64,000 nucleotides of DNA from Opitutales bacterium (GTDB taxonomy: Bacteria > Verrucomicrobiota > Verrucomicrobiia > Opitutales > UBA2987). Positions 9,819 to 18,935 of the stretch are shown here, in pieces. Within the stretch, counting starts at the first letter, position 1. The number at the start of each line of letters is the position of its first letter. The position numbers were made by a program, and so were the translations under genes. The notes beneath the pieces are model-generated. The model was not told the DNA's origin. It saw only the letters and a list, made by a program, of their open reading frames with translations, and searched no databases. Location of the stretch: assembly GCA_965226885.1 (NCBI GenBank), contig CBDDEL010000011.1:288001-352000 (forward strand), given 5' to 3'.

Positions 9819-11361
9819 GATGATCCTGCAAGTTTTCGATATAGCGGTTCCAGAGCTTCTGTTCGACGTAAATAAGAAGGATAACACCGGGCCGCAGTCC
9901 ACGGTATTCGACCTGGTATTTTCGGGAAATCCTTGTTTCTAGTTTCTGCTGCAGTTTGGCCGATACAATGATGACGGAAGCATCGGGGGTTTCCGGCATA
10001 TCGTTCCAATAACCGACATTTTCGTAATGGCGAAGGTACCAGGGAAGCGGCCAGTATTCTTCGCTGATAACCTTTATGGTCATTTTTGGGCCGTCCGGAG
10101 AGACCTCGGCCAACCCTTTTATCCTGTCCTCGATTTTCAATACATCGGTATTGGGATGAACATAAGCGTAGGGATTGCGGGCGTCGGCATAATAGCGGAA
10201 ATTCGTTAAATAGACACCCCGTAGCAGAAACACTAACGTTATTATAAGCAGAGTGGAAATGCCTAGACGCATGAGTGGTATTGGGCAGCGATCGAAAATA
10301 GCCTGCAATCCCGATCCGGCCAATAATGCCAGGCCCAATAATAGACTAAGGACCAGCCACGGTGTTTTGTATGGGATAAGTGAATAAATGATAAACAGGA
10401 TGATGGTATAAGAGGCCAGAAACCGCCTCAGTTGTCCGGTGGGCGTCATTAACCAGTTCCTGCGAAAACCGATGAAGGCGGCGCCCAGGGCAAATATGCA
10501 AACGGTCACTTCGCCAGACAGGATTCCGAGGCCGCCTTCGAGCCCGGTCAGCAATGCCATGTAATAGTAAAAGGGTTTCTCGTGGCCCGATTCGAGGGAG
10601 TAAACAAAGGGAGAAATGATGGCGTCTGCGATGCCGGAAAGGTTTGTCAAAAAGGATGAATAAAATGCCGCCGAAACGAGCGCCGCAGCACCCAAAGCGC
10701 TCAATCCCAGGCGGACAGCCCGGCGCGTTTTCAGGTTAACTGAGATGACGCCGTGTGCCCTGACGGTCGTTATGCAACAAAACATAAGAGCCGCTCCGAT
10801 GCCGATCAGGTTGATCAGGCTCGACTCTTTGGTGGCATGCATGAGGCCTGCGAAAATACCCGTTGCGAGGGCCCAAATCATCTTAGGATTGCGGTAACAG
10901 CGCCAGCCGCAGGCCACCGCGCAGGAGGTAAAAGTTATCAATAACGGCTCCTGAATATAATACCGGCTGTAATAGACCAGGGCGGGGGAAAATGCCATCA
11001 AGGCGCCCGTCAATACCGTTCCGATCGGCCCCAGACCGTCCCGCAACCAGAACAAAGATAAAATCAAGGCGGACCCAAAGATAACGGAGACCAGTCGCAC
11101 CGTTATTTCGTCGATTTGCAACAGGTTTTCCTGGCCGCGAATCCAGGCCACAGGCAAGGTAAAATAGTAAAGCGACGGTCCGTGAAAATGTTCGGGATCA
11201 AACTCGTATCGACCCGAATCCAGAAGCTGACCGAATTTTACAGCCTGAACCGCTTCATCGGTGTGCATCGGCCTTGCGTCCAAAGAATATGTGCGGATGG
11301 CCAAAGCGAGAACGAACTCCAGCAGAAGGATGGCCAGGACGTATTTGGAGCCGGATTTCAT
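9802..11361 (-). CDS. TIGR03663/Agl23-like multi-pass GT-C-fold membrane protein
   Basis: RPMHTDEA, FHGPSLYY, YYSRY, ATKE, IPYKTPW and YWPLPWYLR motifs; about 11 TM segments. Confidence 0.8.
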   Translation of the reverse strand: MKSGSKYVLAILLLEFVLALAIRTYSLDARPMHTDEAVQAVKFGQLLDSGRYEFDPEHFHGPSLYYFTLPVAWIRGQENLLQIDEITVRLVSVIFGSALILSLFWLRDGLGPIGTVLTGALMAFSPALVYYSRYYIQEPLLITFTSCAVACGWRCYRNPKMIWALATGIFAGLMHATKESSLINLIGIGAALMFCCITTVRAHGVISVNLKTRRAVRLGLSALGAAALVSAAFYSSFLTNLSGIADAIISPFVYSLESGHEKPFYYYMALLTGLEGGLGILSGEVTVCIFALGAAFIGFRRNWLMTPTGQLRRFLASYTIILFIIYSLIPYKTPWLVLSLLLGLALLAGSGLQAIFDRCPIPLMRLGISTLLIITLVFLLRGVYLTNFRYYADARNPYAYVHPNTDVLKIEDRIKGLAEVSPDGPKMTIKVISEEYWPLPWYLRHYENVGYWNDMPETPDASVIIVSAKLQQKLETRISRKYQVEYRGLRPGVILLIYVEQKLWNRYIENLQDHHDFAK

Positions 11362-11435
11362 TACGGTTAAACTAGATGTTTTCCGGTTGGATAGCGATTA
11401 GAAATGGTGCACACTTCAAGAAGTTAGTCGAACCA

Positions 11436-12152
11436 GTGCCAAGCTTATCCATAGTCATACCCGCTTTCAATGAAGAAGCCGCCATTGCCAGGGGAAATCT
11501 GGCGCTGGTTGCCAACTGGCTGCATGAGAATATTCAGGAATCCGAATTGATCGTGGTGAATGATGGAAGCGAAGATCAAACGGAGAAACTGGCTTCGGAA
11601 GTAGCCGAGCGGGTCGTCACCATTCCTCATTGCGGCAAGGCAGCGGCTATCATGGCGGGCATTAGAGAGGCGAAGGGAGATGTCGTTCTGTTTAGCGACA
11701 TGGATTTGGATACGCCCATTACGGAAGCCTCTAAATTACTGGATGCCATCAGCGGGGGGGCTGATGTTGCCATTGGCAGCCGCGGTCAAAACCGGCCGGG
11801 CGCGCCCCTCCACCGGCGCTTTCTGAGCGGCGGGCACACTTTTTTGCGAAAATTGCTGCTGAATCTCGATTTGTCCGACACCCAGTGCGGTTTCAAGGCT
11901 TTTAAACGCGAGGCAGCCCTTCGGATTCTGGATGAAATGCGGATTTATCGGGCCGGTTCCATGCGCTCTGGAACCGATTATAGCGTGAACAGCGGGTTCG
12001 ATCTGGAGTTCCTTTTTGTCGCTCGTCGTTTGGAGTATCGGGTTGACGAGATTCCGGTGCAGTGGAAATATTCCCAAGGCGGAAGAGTCCTATTTTTTAG
12101 AGAGGCATTGCGCGGCCTTTTTGATTTACTGAAAATTGCCAACACTTATTAA
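11436..12152 (+). CDS. GT2 glycosyltransferase, polyprenol-phosphate sugar synthase-like
   Basis: SIVIPAFNEE, VNDGSED, GKAAA, SDMD, DTQCGFKAF, FDLEFL. A GTG start at 11436 is preferred over ATG 11376, which is only 15 bp from the divergent gene. Confidence 0.88.
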   Translation: MPSLSIVIPAFNEEAAIARGNLALVANWLHENIQESELIVVNDGSEDQTEKLASEVAERVVTIPHCGKAAAIMAGIREAKGDVVLFSDMDLDTPITEASKLLDAISGGADVAIGSRGQNRPGAPLHRRFLSGGHTFLRKLLLNLDLSDTQCGFKAFKREAALRILDEMRIYRAGSMRSGTDYSVNSGFDLEFLFVARRLEYRVDEIPVQWKYSQGGRVLFFREALRGLFDLLKIANTY

Positions 12153-12157
12153 ATCCT

Positions 12158-13649
12158 ATGAAGCACACCACTTTATGCCTAGTTTTAGTTTCGATATCCT
12201 GCGCCTTGTCTCCTGGCTTTGGCGGCGGCAAAGAAGACAAGGAGAAGGATTGGATTTCGCTTTTCAACGGAAAAGACCTGGATGGGTGGGTGGGTAGTGT
12301 ATAAAAAAAGAATGTTATTTTGTATTTTTAGCTGTACAATTAGCGTTAGGCAGTTTATTCTTAGTGCATGGTTACTAAAATTATTAATTGTCGGCACTGT
12401 GGAAGTGAAAATATCATTAAATTTGGCAAGACGCCCAACCATAAACAGCGCTACCGCTGCCATGATTGTGGTAAACAAAGCCGCGAAAACCCCACAGTGA
12501 AATACACCGAAGAGCAAAAAGAAATGATCCTTCGAGTCTATCAGGAACGCAGCAGTCTACGCGGTTTACAGCGCGCCTTCGGGGTGAGTCCCAACACCGT
12601 TTTGAGTTGGTTAAAAAAAACGACAATCGCTGCGACCGCTCAAAAGCACGATTCTTGCGGCCCGCCGCCATGATGTCATTGAACTGGACGAACTGTGGTC
12701 TTTTGTGGGGCGCAAGAGCGATGCCCAATGGGTTTGGATCGCTCTTTGCCGACGCACCCGTCAAATCCTCTCCTATGCCATTGGGCCTCGGGATTGGTAT
12801 CGTTGCCGGGAACTTTACGAGCGTCTGCCACGGGCCTACAAAAGATGTGCCACCTACAGCGACTTTTGGAGCACTTATGATGAAGTCTTTCCTCATAACC
12901 GATCCGTGGGAAAAGAAACCGGTGAAACGGCCCATGTGGAACGATGGAACAATACCCTGCGCCAACGACTGGGTCGTTTCACACGCAAACCCCTCTCCTT
13001 TTCCAAGCTTAAGAGTATGCATGAAACCTGTCTGAGACTTTTCATTCATCAATATAATCAAGAATTAGCCACCATTCCTACTTAATACACTACCGGGTGG
13101 GTGCAGCGTAATGGCACGGCCACCTACCGGGTGGAGGATGGAGCGGTTGTCGGCAAGACCTCGGAGGGAAGCCCGAATTCGTTTTTATGCACGAAAGAAG
13201 ATTACGGCGATTTCGAGTTAAAGTTTGAAGTAAAAGTCGATCATGAACTGAACTCAGGCGTCCAAATCCGCTCCGCGAGCGTGCCTGGTTTCAAGAATTT
13301 CCGGGTGCATGGGCCACAGGTGGAGATTGCGACGAACGGCACGGCCGGCTTCATTTATGGGGAAGCGCTCAATACCGGCTGGCTGAGCAAGAAAGTTAAC
13401 AATGATCCGGCGCTATCCGCATTTAAAACCGGCGAGTGGAATAGCTATCGTGTGATGGCCGAGGGGCAGGTTATTAAAACCTGGATCAATGGAGTTCCCG
13501 TGGCCAACCTAACCGATGATATTTCAAAAATGAGTCGAGGATTTATCGGGCTGCAAGTCCACAGCATCAAAAGAGGCGCCGGCCCTTACGAAGTGCGCTG
13601 GAGAAACCTCAAAATTCGCAAGCTGTCTGCGAAGAAAAAAGACAGCTAG
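12158..13649 (+). pseudogene. Secreted DUF1080 (3-keto-disaccharide hydrolase-like) protein interrupted by IS1
   Basis: 5' part MKHTTLCLVLV...WISLFNGKDLDGWV joins in frame to QRNGTATY...NSGVQIR...GFIGLQVH...WRNLKI after removing the IS and one target-duplication copy. Confidence 0.92.
12293..13094 (+). mobile_element. IS1-family element, copy 1 (802 bp)
   Basis: Ends GGTAGTGTAT.../...ATACACTACC; 9-bp target duplication GGGTGGGTG; InsA zinc ribbon (CRHC...YRCHDC) at 12368-12673; InsB frame (ELDELWSFVG, SDFW, HVERWNNTLRQRL) ends at 13085. Confidence 0.95.
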
Positions 13650-14318
13650 TCAGGAGGAGGCTGGCTGGCCGAAGACTTCGACCTCGATGTAGTGGTTCAT
13701 GGCATCGGTTGTATTTCCGTTGCTGTAAACCCGAACATAGCGCCCCGCCAATCCATCGACTTTTATGAGACGGCCCTCGTAGGTTTCAATATAGGCTTTG
13801 TCCTGACCGACGCCTAAACGGGCAGAATTATCGTGATCGTTATTATACACGGTATGCACTTCGGTCTCGAACTTCGGATCGTTAGAAATTTGCACGATTA
13901 TATCGTGGTAAACGCGGGGTTGTCCGTGATAATGCCAGATGAGGATGGCGTAAATGGCGGCGGGATTTTGAAGATCGATTTGGATATGTTGAATTTCGGG
14001 GCCCAGCTCGACGTAATAACCTTCATCTCCCTCTTTGTCTGCATCGGTCACAAAATCAAGCTCGCCAATGACCGGCCAATCGTCGCTCGAAGTAACTGTT
14101 TTGCCCGCCCCCAGGTTGATCGTTCCCGGCGGAACCATGAAGGGAGGTCGTTTTCCTTTGCGAGGTTTTTCCAGGTTGGCGACCTTGAAGGGGGCCGGAG
14201 TGCCCGTGAAAAGTGGCTTGGGAAGTTTGGTTTGAAGGGGAACTTTTTCCTCGGCCAAAATCGTGCCAAGAGATAACGGAAAAAGGATTGACAGTAAAAT
14301 AATTAGTCGGGAAGTCAT
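13650..14318 (-). CDS. Secreted discoidin/F5-8-like (galactose-binding fold) protein
   Basis: Signal peptide; NLGAGKTVTSS, IQIDLQ and GRYVRVY...YIEVEVFG motifs. Confidence 0.65.
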   Translation of the reverse strand: MTSRLIILLSILFPLSLGTILAEEKVPLQTKLPKPLFTGTPAPFKVANLEKPRKGKRPPFMVPPGTINLGAGKTVTSSDDWPVIGELDFVTDADKEGDEGYYVELGPEIQHIQIDLQNPAAIYAILIWHYHGQPRVYHDIIVQISNDPKFETEVHTVYNNDHDNSARLGVGQDKAYIETYEGRLIKVDGLAGRYVRVYSNGNTTDAMNHYIEVEVFGQPASS

Positions 14319-14331
14319 CGTTAGAGTAGGT

Positions 14332-15702
14332 TTAGACAGCAAAATCTTCCGGTTTGAAGTAGAGTTTTTTGCCCGCTTCGATTGCTTCGTTTACTTTTAG
14401 CACGGTCACTTCGGTTTCATAGGCGAGTTCCGGCGGACAGTTGAGCGGAACGCCTTTGCGAATGGCATCGAAGAAGTTTTCCAGGTGCGGCTGGTGGATG
14501 GGTTTGTTCAGTTCGACGGGAATTTCCCAGGCGACCAAATCGGCCGTTTCACGGATGTCGACAACAGCGCTTTTTGATTTCTCCCAGGGCTTGACGTCGT
14601 CGGTTTCACCCTTGCGGCGGATGTATTTGCGGCGTTTCCACTCCTCCCACTCGGGTGCTCGGGCCTCTCGAAATGCGCGTGTGAATTTCGGATTTTCGGA
14701 CATCTTGATGGCGCCCTCCGTGCCCATGAAATACTCGAAATACCCTCCGCCTGCGCTGGTTGTGGTAAGAACCTGGTAAAAGGCGCGCACGGTACCCTGC
14801 GTGGTGGCGTATTCGTAAATGGCCATGGCGTTGTCGTGCCAATCGCGGTTGCTATAGTAGTCGAGACCGCCGTCGGCCGTAACGGCTTTTGGGGTCGTCC
14901 CCAGGAACCAGTTGAAGATGTCGATCTGGTGGGCGCCGAGATCGGAGATGGGGCCTCCTCCGTATTTTTTGAACCAGCGCCAGTTGCGGAATTCGCGCAT
15001 ATTGCCGTAGCCGTATTTTTCCAGGGTGGCCTTTTCCAAGGGGTATTTGCGCGGCCACCCGATGTCTTCACTGACACCGCGATTCCACTGGCCGTTGACA
15101 TGGGTGATGCGGCCCAGCAATTTGGCCTCCTCAAGCAGATGGTTTTTCACGTGGATGTAACGGGGATTGGAGCGGCGCTGGTGCCCGATCTGGAGAAGTT
15201 TTCCCGTCTCACGCGCCGTCCGGATCATGGAAATGGCACCCTCGTGGGAGTTGGACATCATTTTCTCGCAATAGACGTGGAGGCCGGCTTTGAGGCAGGC
15301 CGTGGTGTGTTTGGCGTGAACGAAATCGGGCGTCGCTATGAGGACGGCATCGAGATCGGTTTGGGCTGAGAGCATCTCATCGAAATCGGTGTAAACCTGG
15401 ACTGTGTGGCCATATTTGCGGAGGATGCCCTGGCCGTAGCGCTGGCTGTAGGGCCAGATGTCGCAGACGGCCTGGAAACGGATATCGGGGATTTTCAGGC
15501 AGGACTCGATGAGCACTCGGCCCTGGGTGCCGAGGCCGATTATGGCGACATTGAGCTGGCCGCCGGAACGGCTCGCAGCGGTCAGGTTTGAGGGGCGCGT
15601 GAGCAGCAAACCCATGCCGGCGGCAAGGCCGGTGCGCAAGAAAGAACGGCGGTCGATGGAATCATTGGGCCAGCTGGTTTGGGATGTGTTTTTCTCTTTC
15701 AT
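14332..15702 (-). CDS. Tat-exported Gfo/Idh/MocA oxidoreductase
   Basis: DRRSFLR Tat motif; IIGLGTQG, IATPDFVH, HVYCEK and DLGAHQID motifs. Confidence 0.92.
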   Translation of the reverse strand: MKEKNTSQTSWPNDSIDRRSFLRTGLAAGMGLLLTRPSNLTAASRSGGQLNVAIIGLGTQGRVLIESCLKIPDIRFQAVCDIWPYSQRYGQGILRKYGHTVQVYTDFDEMLSAQTDLDAVLIATPDFVHAKHTTACLKAGLHVYCEKMMSNSHEGAISMIRTARETGKLLQIGHQRRSNPRYIHVKNHLLEEAKLLGRITHVNGQWNRGVSEDIGWPRKYPLEKATLEKYGYGNMREFRNWRWFKKYGGGPISDLGAHQIDIFNWFLGTTPKAVTADGGLDYYSNRDWHDNAMAIYEYATTQGTVRAFYQVLTTTSAGGGYFEYFMGTEGAIKMSENPKFTRAFREARAPEWEEWKRRKYIRRKGETDDVKPWEKSKSAVVDIRETADLVAWEIPVELNKPIHQPHLENFFDAIRKGVPLNCPPELAYETEVTVLKVNEAIEAGKKLYFKPEDFAV

Positions 15703-15714
15703 AGATTTGAAAAT

Positions 15715-16161
15715 TTAATCCTTCCAGAGGGCCAGACGGCTGTGTTCGACGAGGCAAAGGGCGCCGCAAGTCAAGGCGACGTGGACGCCGAGGAATGCGA
15801 TTCCTTCGTTCCCGACCACGGCCATGAGGCCGAAACTGAGAGATACGAAAAGCAGACCGCTGAGAACGAGGGAGATGCGGGGTTTGATGCCGAGCAGAAG
15901 GGTAGCGCCGACCAGAATAAGGAGGTAACCCAGGGAATGCGCAAAAAGCCGGGTCAGGTAGAGGGGTAAAAAGGAGGAACCGGTTATGCCTTCGGCCAAG
16001 CGACCCATGTTTTCGTAATAATTTTCAAAGCTGTATTGCAAATCTCTCTCGAATTTTTCAAGCCCCGCCATGAACAAGCGCAGGCCGATGAATAGACGAA
16101 GGAGGAGGAAGGCCCAAACGGGCCCGGTCCAGCCTTGGAAAAAGGATTTTATTTTAGCCAT
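15715..16161 (-). CDS. DoxX-family membrane protein
   Basis: 4 TM segments; LLLRLFIG...AGLEKF and LLLGIKPR motifs. Confidence 0.75.
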   Translation of the reverse strand: MAKIKSFFQGWTGPVWAFLLLRLFIGLRLFMAGLEKFERDLQYSFENYYENMGRLAEGITGSSFLPLYLTRLFAHSLGYLLILVGATLLLGIKPRISLVLSGLLFVSLSFGLMAVVGNEGIAFLGVHVALTCGALCLVEHSRLALWKD

Positions 16162-16193
16162 TGAAGCGTTACGGGTTTCGTTTCGAGGTGGTA

Positions 16194-17237
16194 TTAAAGA
16201 TTTTCCACCCAAATATTGCGGAATTGGACCAAGTCGTGGTGGTCCTGCAACATGAGGGGGCCAGTGGGGGCTTCGTTTTCGGCCACCGGTCCGCCGGTGA
16301 AGGTAGGAAGTTCCAGGTCCTCATGGATGAGGATGCCGTTGTGGTGGACCGTGATGCGGGCGTTTTCCGTTTTTTCGCCTTTGCCGTCAAACCGCGGGGC
16401 GCGAAAATTAATGTCATAGGTTTGCCAATGAGCGGGCGGGGCGCAGGCATTAACGCGGGGCCGGGAAACCTTGTAGATGCCGCCGCATTCATTGTCGCGG
16501 CCTTCCAGACCGAAACTGTCGAGAACCTGAACTTCGTATCGGCCATGAAGATAGACGCCGCTGTTGCCGCGTTTTTGTTCACGATGGTCCGGCATGAAGG
16601 GAGTGCGAAATTCGAGATGGAGGCGGTGGTCACCAAAGCTTTTTTTCGAAATAATGGAACCTGTATCCGGCACCACCTGCATGGCCCCGTTTTCGAGAAT
16701 TTTCCAGCGGGCTTTTTTCACTTTTTTGTGGGACCATTGGCTCAAGTCGCTGCCGTCGAACAAAATTTCCGCCCTGGAAACAGGTTTCGCCCCTAGGGTG
16801 GGGGAGGAGCGGTCGTATTTTTGGAGGGAAAAGGCACCGTTTTCGAGGCCGTTAAAGCTACCGTTAAAATTTTCGGCATTTAAACTGCCTGTCCACAAGG
16901 AAGCCGCTATGAGCAGCCCGTGGGCGGTGATTTGGAGGACATCCTGGTTGCCGTGCCCGATGGTTTTTGAAAAATTAACGGATCCATCCTGAACGGCTCC
17001 GTGAAAGCTTACTTGGGCCGTGGAGCGTTCTTCCAGCGTTGCGTATAGGAGGGATTGATAATTGCCGCCTCCGAGCGCGATTATTTGCGCGTATAACGGT
17101 TCCATGCGGCCGTCCGCCAGGAGGCGCTCGCCCTGCCAGTCGCCCATGAAGGGATCGGGCGATGTTTCGGCTTCGGCATGGGCCGATGCGGCAGTTAACA
17201 GAAGAGTCAATGTGGTGATTTTAAAGAGCAAATTCAT
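16194..17237 (-). CDS. Secreted DUF1080 domain protein with an N-terminal extension
   Basis: Signal peptide; LFDGSDLSQW, LHLEFRTP, RGNSGVY, WQTYDI and LQDH...VQFRNIW motifs. Confidence 0.9.
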   Translation of the reverse strand: MNLLFKITTLTLLLTAASAHAEAETSPDPFMGDWQGERLLADGRMEPLYAQIIALGGGNYQSLLYATLEERSTAQVSFHGAVQDGSVNFSKTIGHGNQDVLQITAHGLLIAASLWTGSLNAENFNGSFNGLENGAFSLQKYDRSSPTLGAKPVSRAEILFDGSDLSQWSHKKVKKARWKILENGAMQVVPDTGSIISKKSFGDHRLHLEFRTPFMPDHREQKRGNSGVYLHGRYEVQVLDSFGLEGRDNECGGIYKVSRPRVNACAPPAHWQTYDINFRAPRFDGKGEKTENARITVHHNGILIHEDLELPTFTGGPVAENEAPTGPLMLQDHHDLVQFRNIWVENL

Positions 17238-18664
17238 ACTCCCCATCCTTTCCGGTATTCATAGGTTGAACCAATATATTGATTGGCTTCGGGAACATTC
17301 GTTATTTTCATATTGGGACCGTCCCAATCGATCTTACGGCGGGCGCGAATGGCGGCATTGCCGAGGAGAACAACCTCGGTGAAAGGGGCAGCATAATCGA
17401 AGCTGGAACCGCATTTTGGGCCACCCTTGCAGGCTTGTATCCATTCTATACGCGGACCGCCTTTGACTCTGGGTATGGTTTTTTCCGGAAAAAGATGGCG
17501 TAGTTCCTTCATTTTCATCTCCGGAACTAGGCGGGGACTGCCGCCATAGGTGCCGGCCCTGATGGTGGCATGCTGCCCTATGATGAGTGTGCCGTTATCC
17601 TCAATTTCGTAATCGGCAGCCACTTCGGGCGGGAGCATCGGTTTGAGTCCGCCGTCAGACCAGGTGACTTTGACCGGCGGCTGATCTCCGCGGGCCGGAA
17701 ATTGATAGTTGACGACAGAAGCCATGGGGGCGGTGTGATTATTGAATTGAGTTGAAATCGCCTCAACCGAAGTGGGATGACCGAGATTGAGGGACCAGTA
17801 GGCGGCGTCCATAATGTGACAACCCATGTCGCCGAGGGCGCCGCAGCCGAAGTCCCACCAGCCGCGCCATTTGAAGGGGGCGTAACCGGGATCGTAGGGG
17901 CGTTCCGGGGCCACGCCGAGCCATGCCTCCCAATCCATTGAAGAGGGGATGACAGGAATTGAACTGGAGTGATCCGGGGCATCCAGATTCTGCGGCCAGA
18001 TGGGACGATTGGTCCAATGCTGGACTTCGCGCACCGGGCCGATAACGCCAGCCTCTATCCATTCGCGGATGATGCGGGTGCCCTCCTGGGAGTGTCCCTG
18101 GTTGCCCATCTGGGAGATGACGCCGTATTTGCGGGCGGCCAGGGTTATTTCCCGAGCCTCCCAGATAGTTCGGGTAAGGGGTTTTTCGACATAGACATGC
18201 TTGCCCAGTCTCATGGACCACATGGCGATGGGGAAGTGCATGTGATCGGGAGTGGAAATGATGACAGCATCAATCTTGCTTTCCATTTCGTCGAACATCC
18301 GCCGGAAGTCCTGATAGCGTGGAATATCGGCCTGACGGTCGAGAAGCTTTTGTATATCGGGATAAGCTTCCATTTCGTCTTCATCAATGTTGTCCAAAAG
18401 TTCATCCAGAGCATCATCGATGCGGGCAAGATCGACATCGCAAAAGGCTACGATATTTTCACCGACGACAGCTTTGAGCGCGCTTCTGCCACGGCCCCCA
18501 ACACCGACAACGGCAATGTTCAACTTGTTGTTGGGGGAGGTTGAAGCACCGGTTTGTGAATAGATACCGGAAGGAAGGATCATAAAGGAGGCTCCGGCTG
18601 CGGATACACCTTTTATGAATTCACGGCGACTGACAGTTTTATCCTCAAGGTTGTTTTTATTCAT
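17234..18664 (-). CDS. Tat-exported Gfo/Idh/MocA oxidoreductase
   Basis: SRREFIK Tat motif; VVGVGGRG, STPDHMH, HVYVEKPLT, QMGNQGHS and WRGWWDFGCGALGDMGCH motifs. Confidence 0.93.
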   Translation of the reverse strand: MNKNNLEDKTVSRREFIKGVSAAGASFMILPSGIYSQTGASTSPNNKLNIAVVGVGGRGRSALKAVVGENIVAFCDVDLARIDDALDELLDNIDEDEMEAYPDIQKLLDRQADIPRYQDFRRMFDEMESKIDAVIISTPDHMHFPIAMWSMRLGKHVYVEKPLTRTIWEAREITLAARKYGVISQMGNQGHSQEGTRIIREWIEAGVIGPVREVQHWTNRPIWPQNLDAPDHSSSIPVIPSSMDWEAWLGVAPERPYDPGYAPFKWRGWWDFGCGALGDMGCHIMDAAYWSLNLGHPTSVEAISTQFNNHTAPMASVVNYQFPARGDQPPVKVTWSDGGLKPMLPPEVAADYEIEDNGTLIIGQHATIRAGTYGGSPRLVPEMKMKELRHLFPEKTIPRVKGGPRIEWIQACKGGPKCGSSFDYAAPFTEVVLLGNAAIRARRKIDWDGPNMKITNVPEANQYIGSTYEYRKGWGV

Positions 18665-18731
18665 AATCTCGAAATGGCTGAAGTGATGGCTGGTTCCCAA
18701 GAATGATTGATTTGGTTTCGTTTTTTTTCAA

Positions 18732-18935
18732 TTAATTTTGGTGGCAATTGCGATTGGAGTTGGCGCAATCCCTGATGGAGACGGGGAGATCGTCGGGGCC
18801 GAGTTCGATCATGGTCTTGTTGCACCAACAATGGGGAGTTTCCGCTGGATACTCCCTTTCCACCAGAGCTCGCTCAGCCTGGGCGGGAATATACATTTTT
18901 TTGGTTCGAAGAAATCTACAGGGGGCCTCTTTCAT
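18732..18935 (-). CDS. Small Cys-rich hypothetical protein (67 aa)
   Basis: ATGA overlap with the FAD-subunit stop; 5 Cys (C...CWC...C...C). Confidence 0.65.
   Translation of the reverse strand: MKEAPCRFLRTKKMYIPAQAERALVEREYPAETPHCWCNKTMIELGPDDLPVSIRDCANSNRNCHQN

Noticed and set aside
12607..13035. 142-aa -1 frame ORF and 214-aa antisense ORF in IS1 copies
   Set aside because: No transposase motifs; they recur only because the element is repeated. The DDE motifs are in the other forward frame.
18530..18560. TGAS after the Tat signal as an ApbE flavinylation site
   Set aside because: It lacks the upstream Asp and the FMN-binding domain context; a four-residue match is expected by chance.
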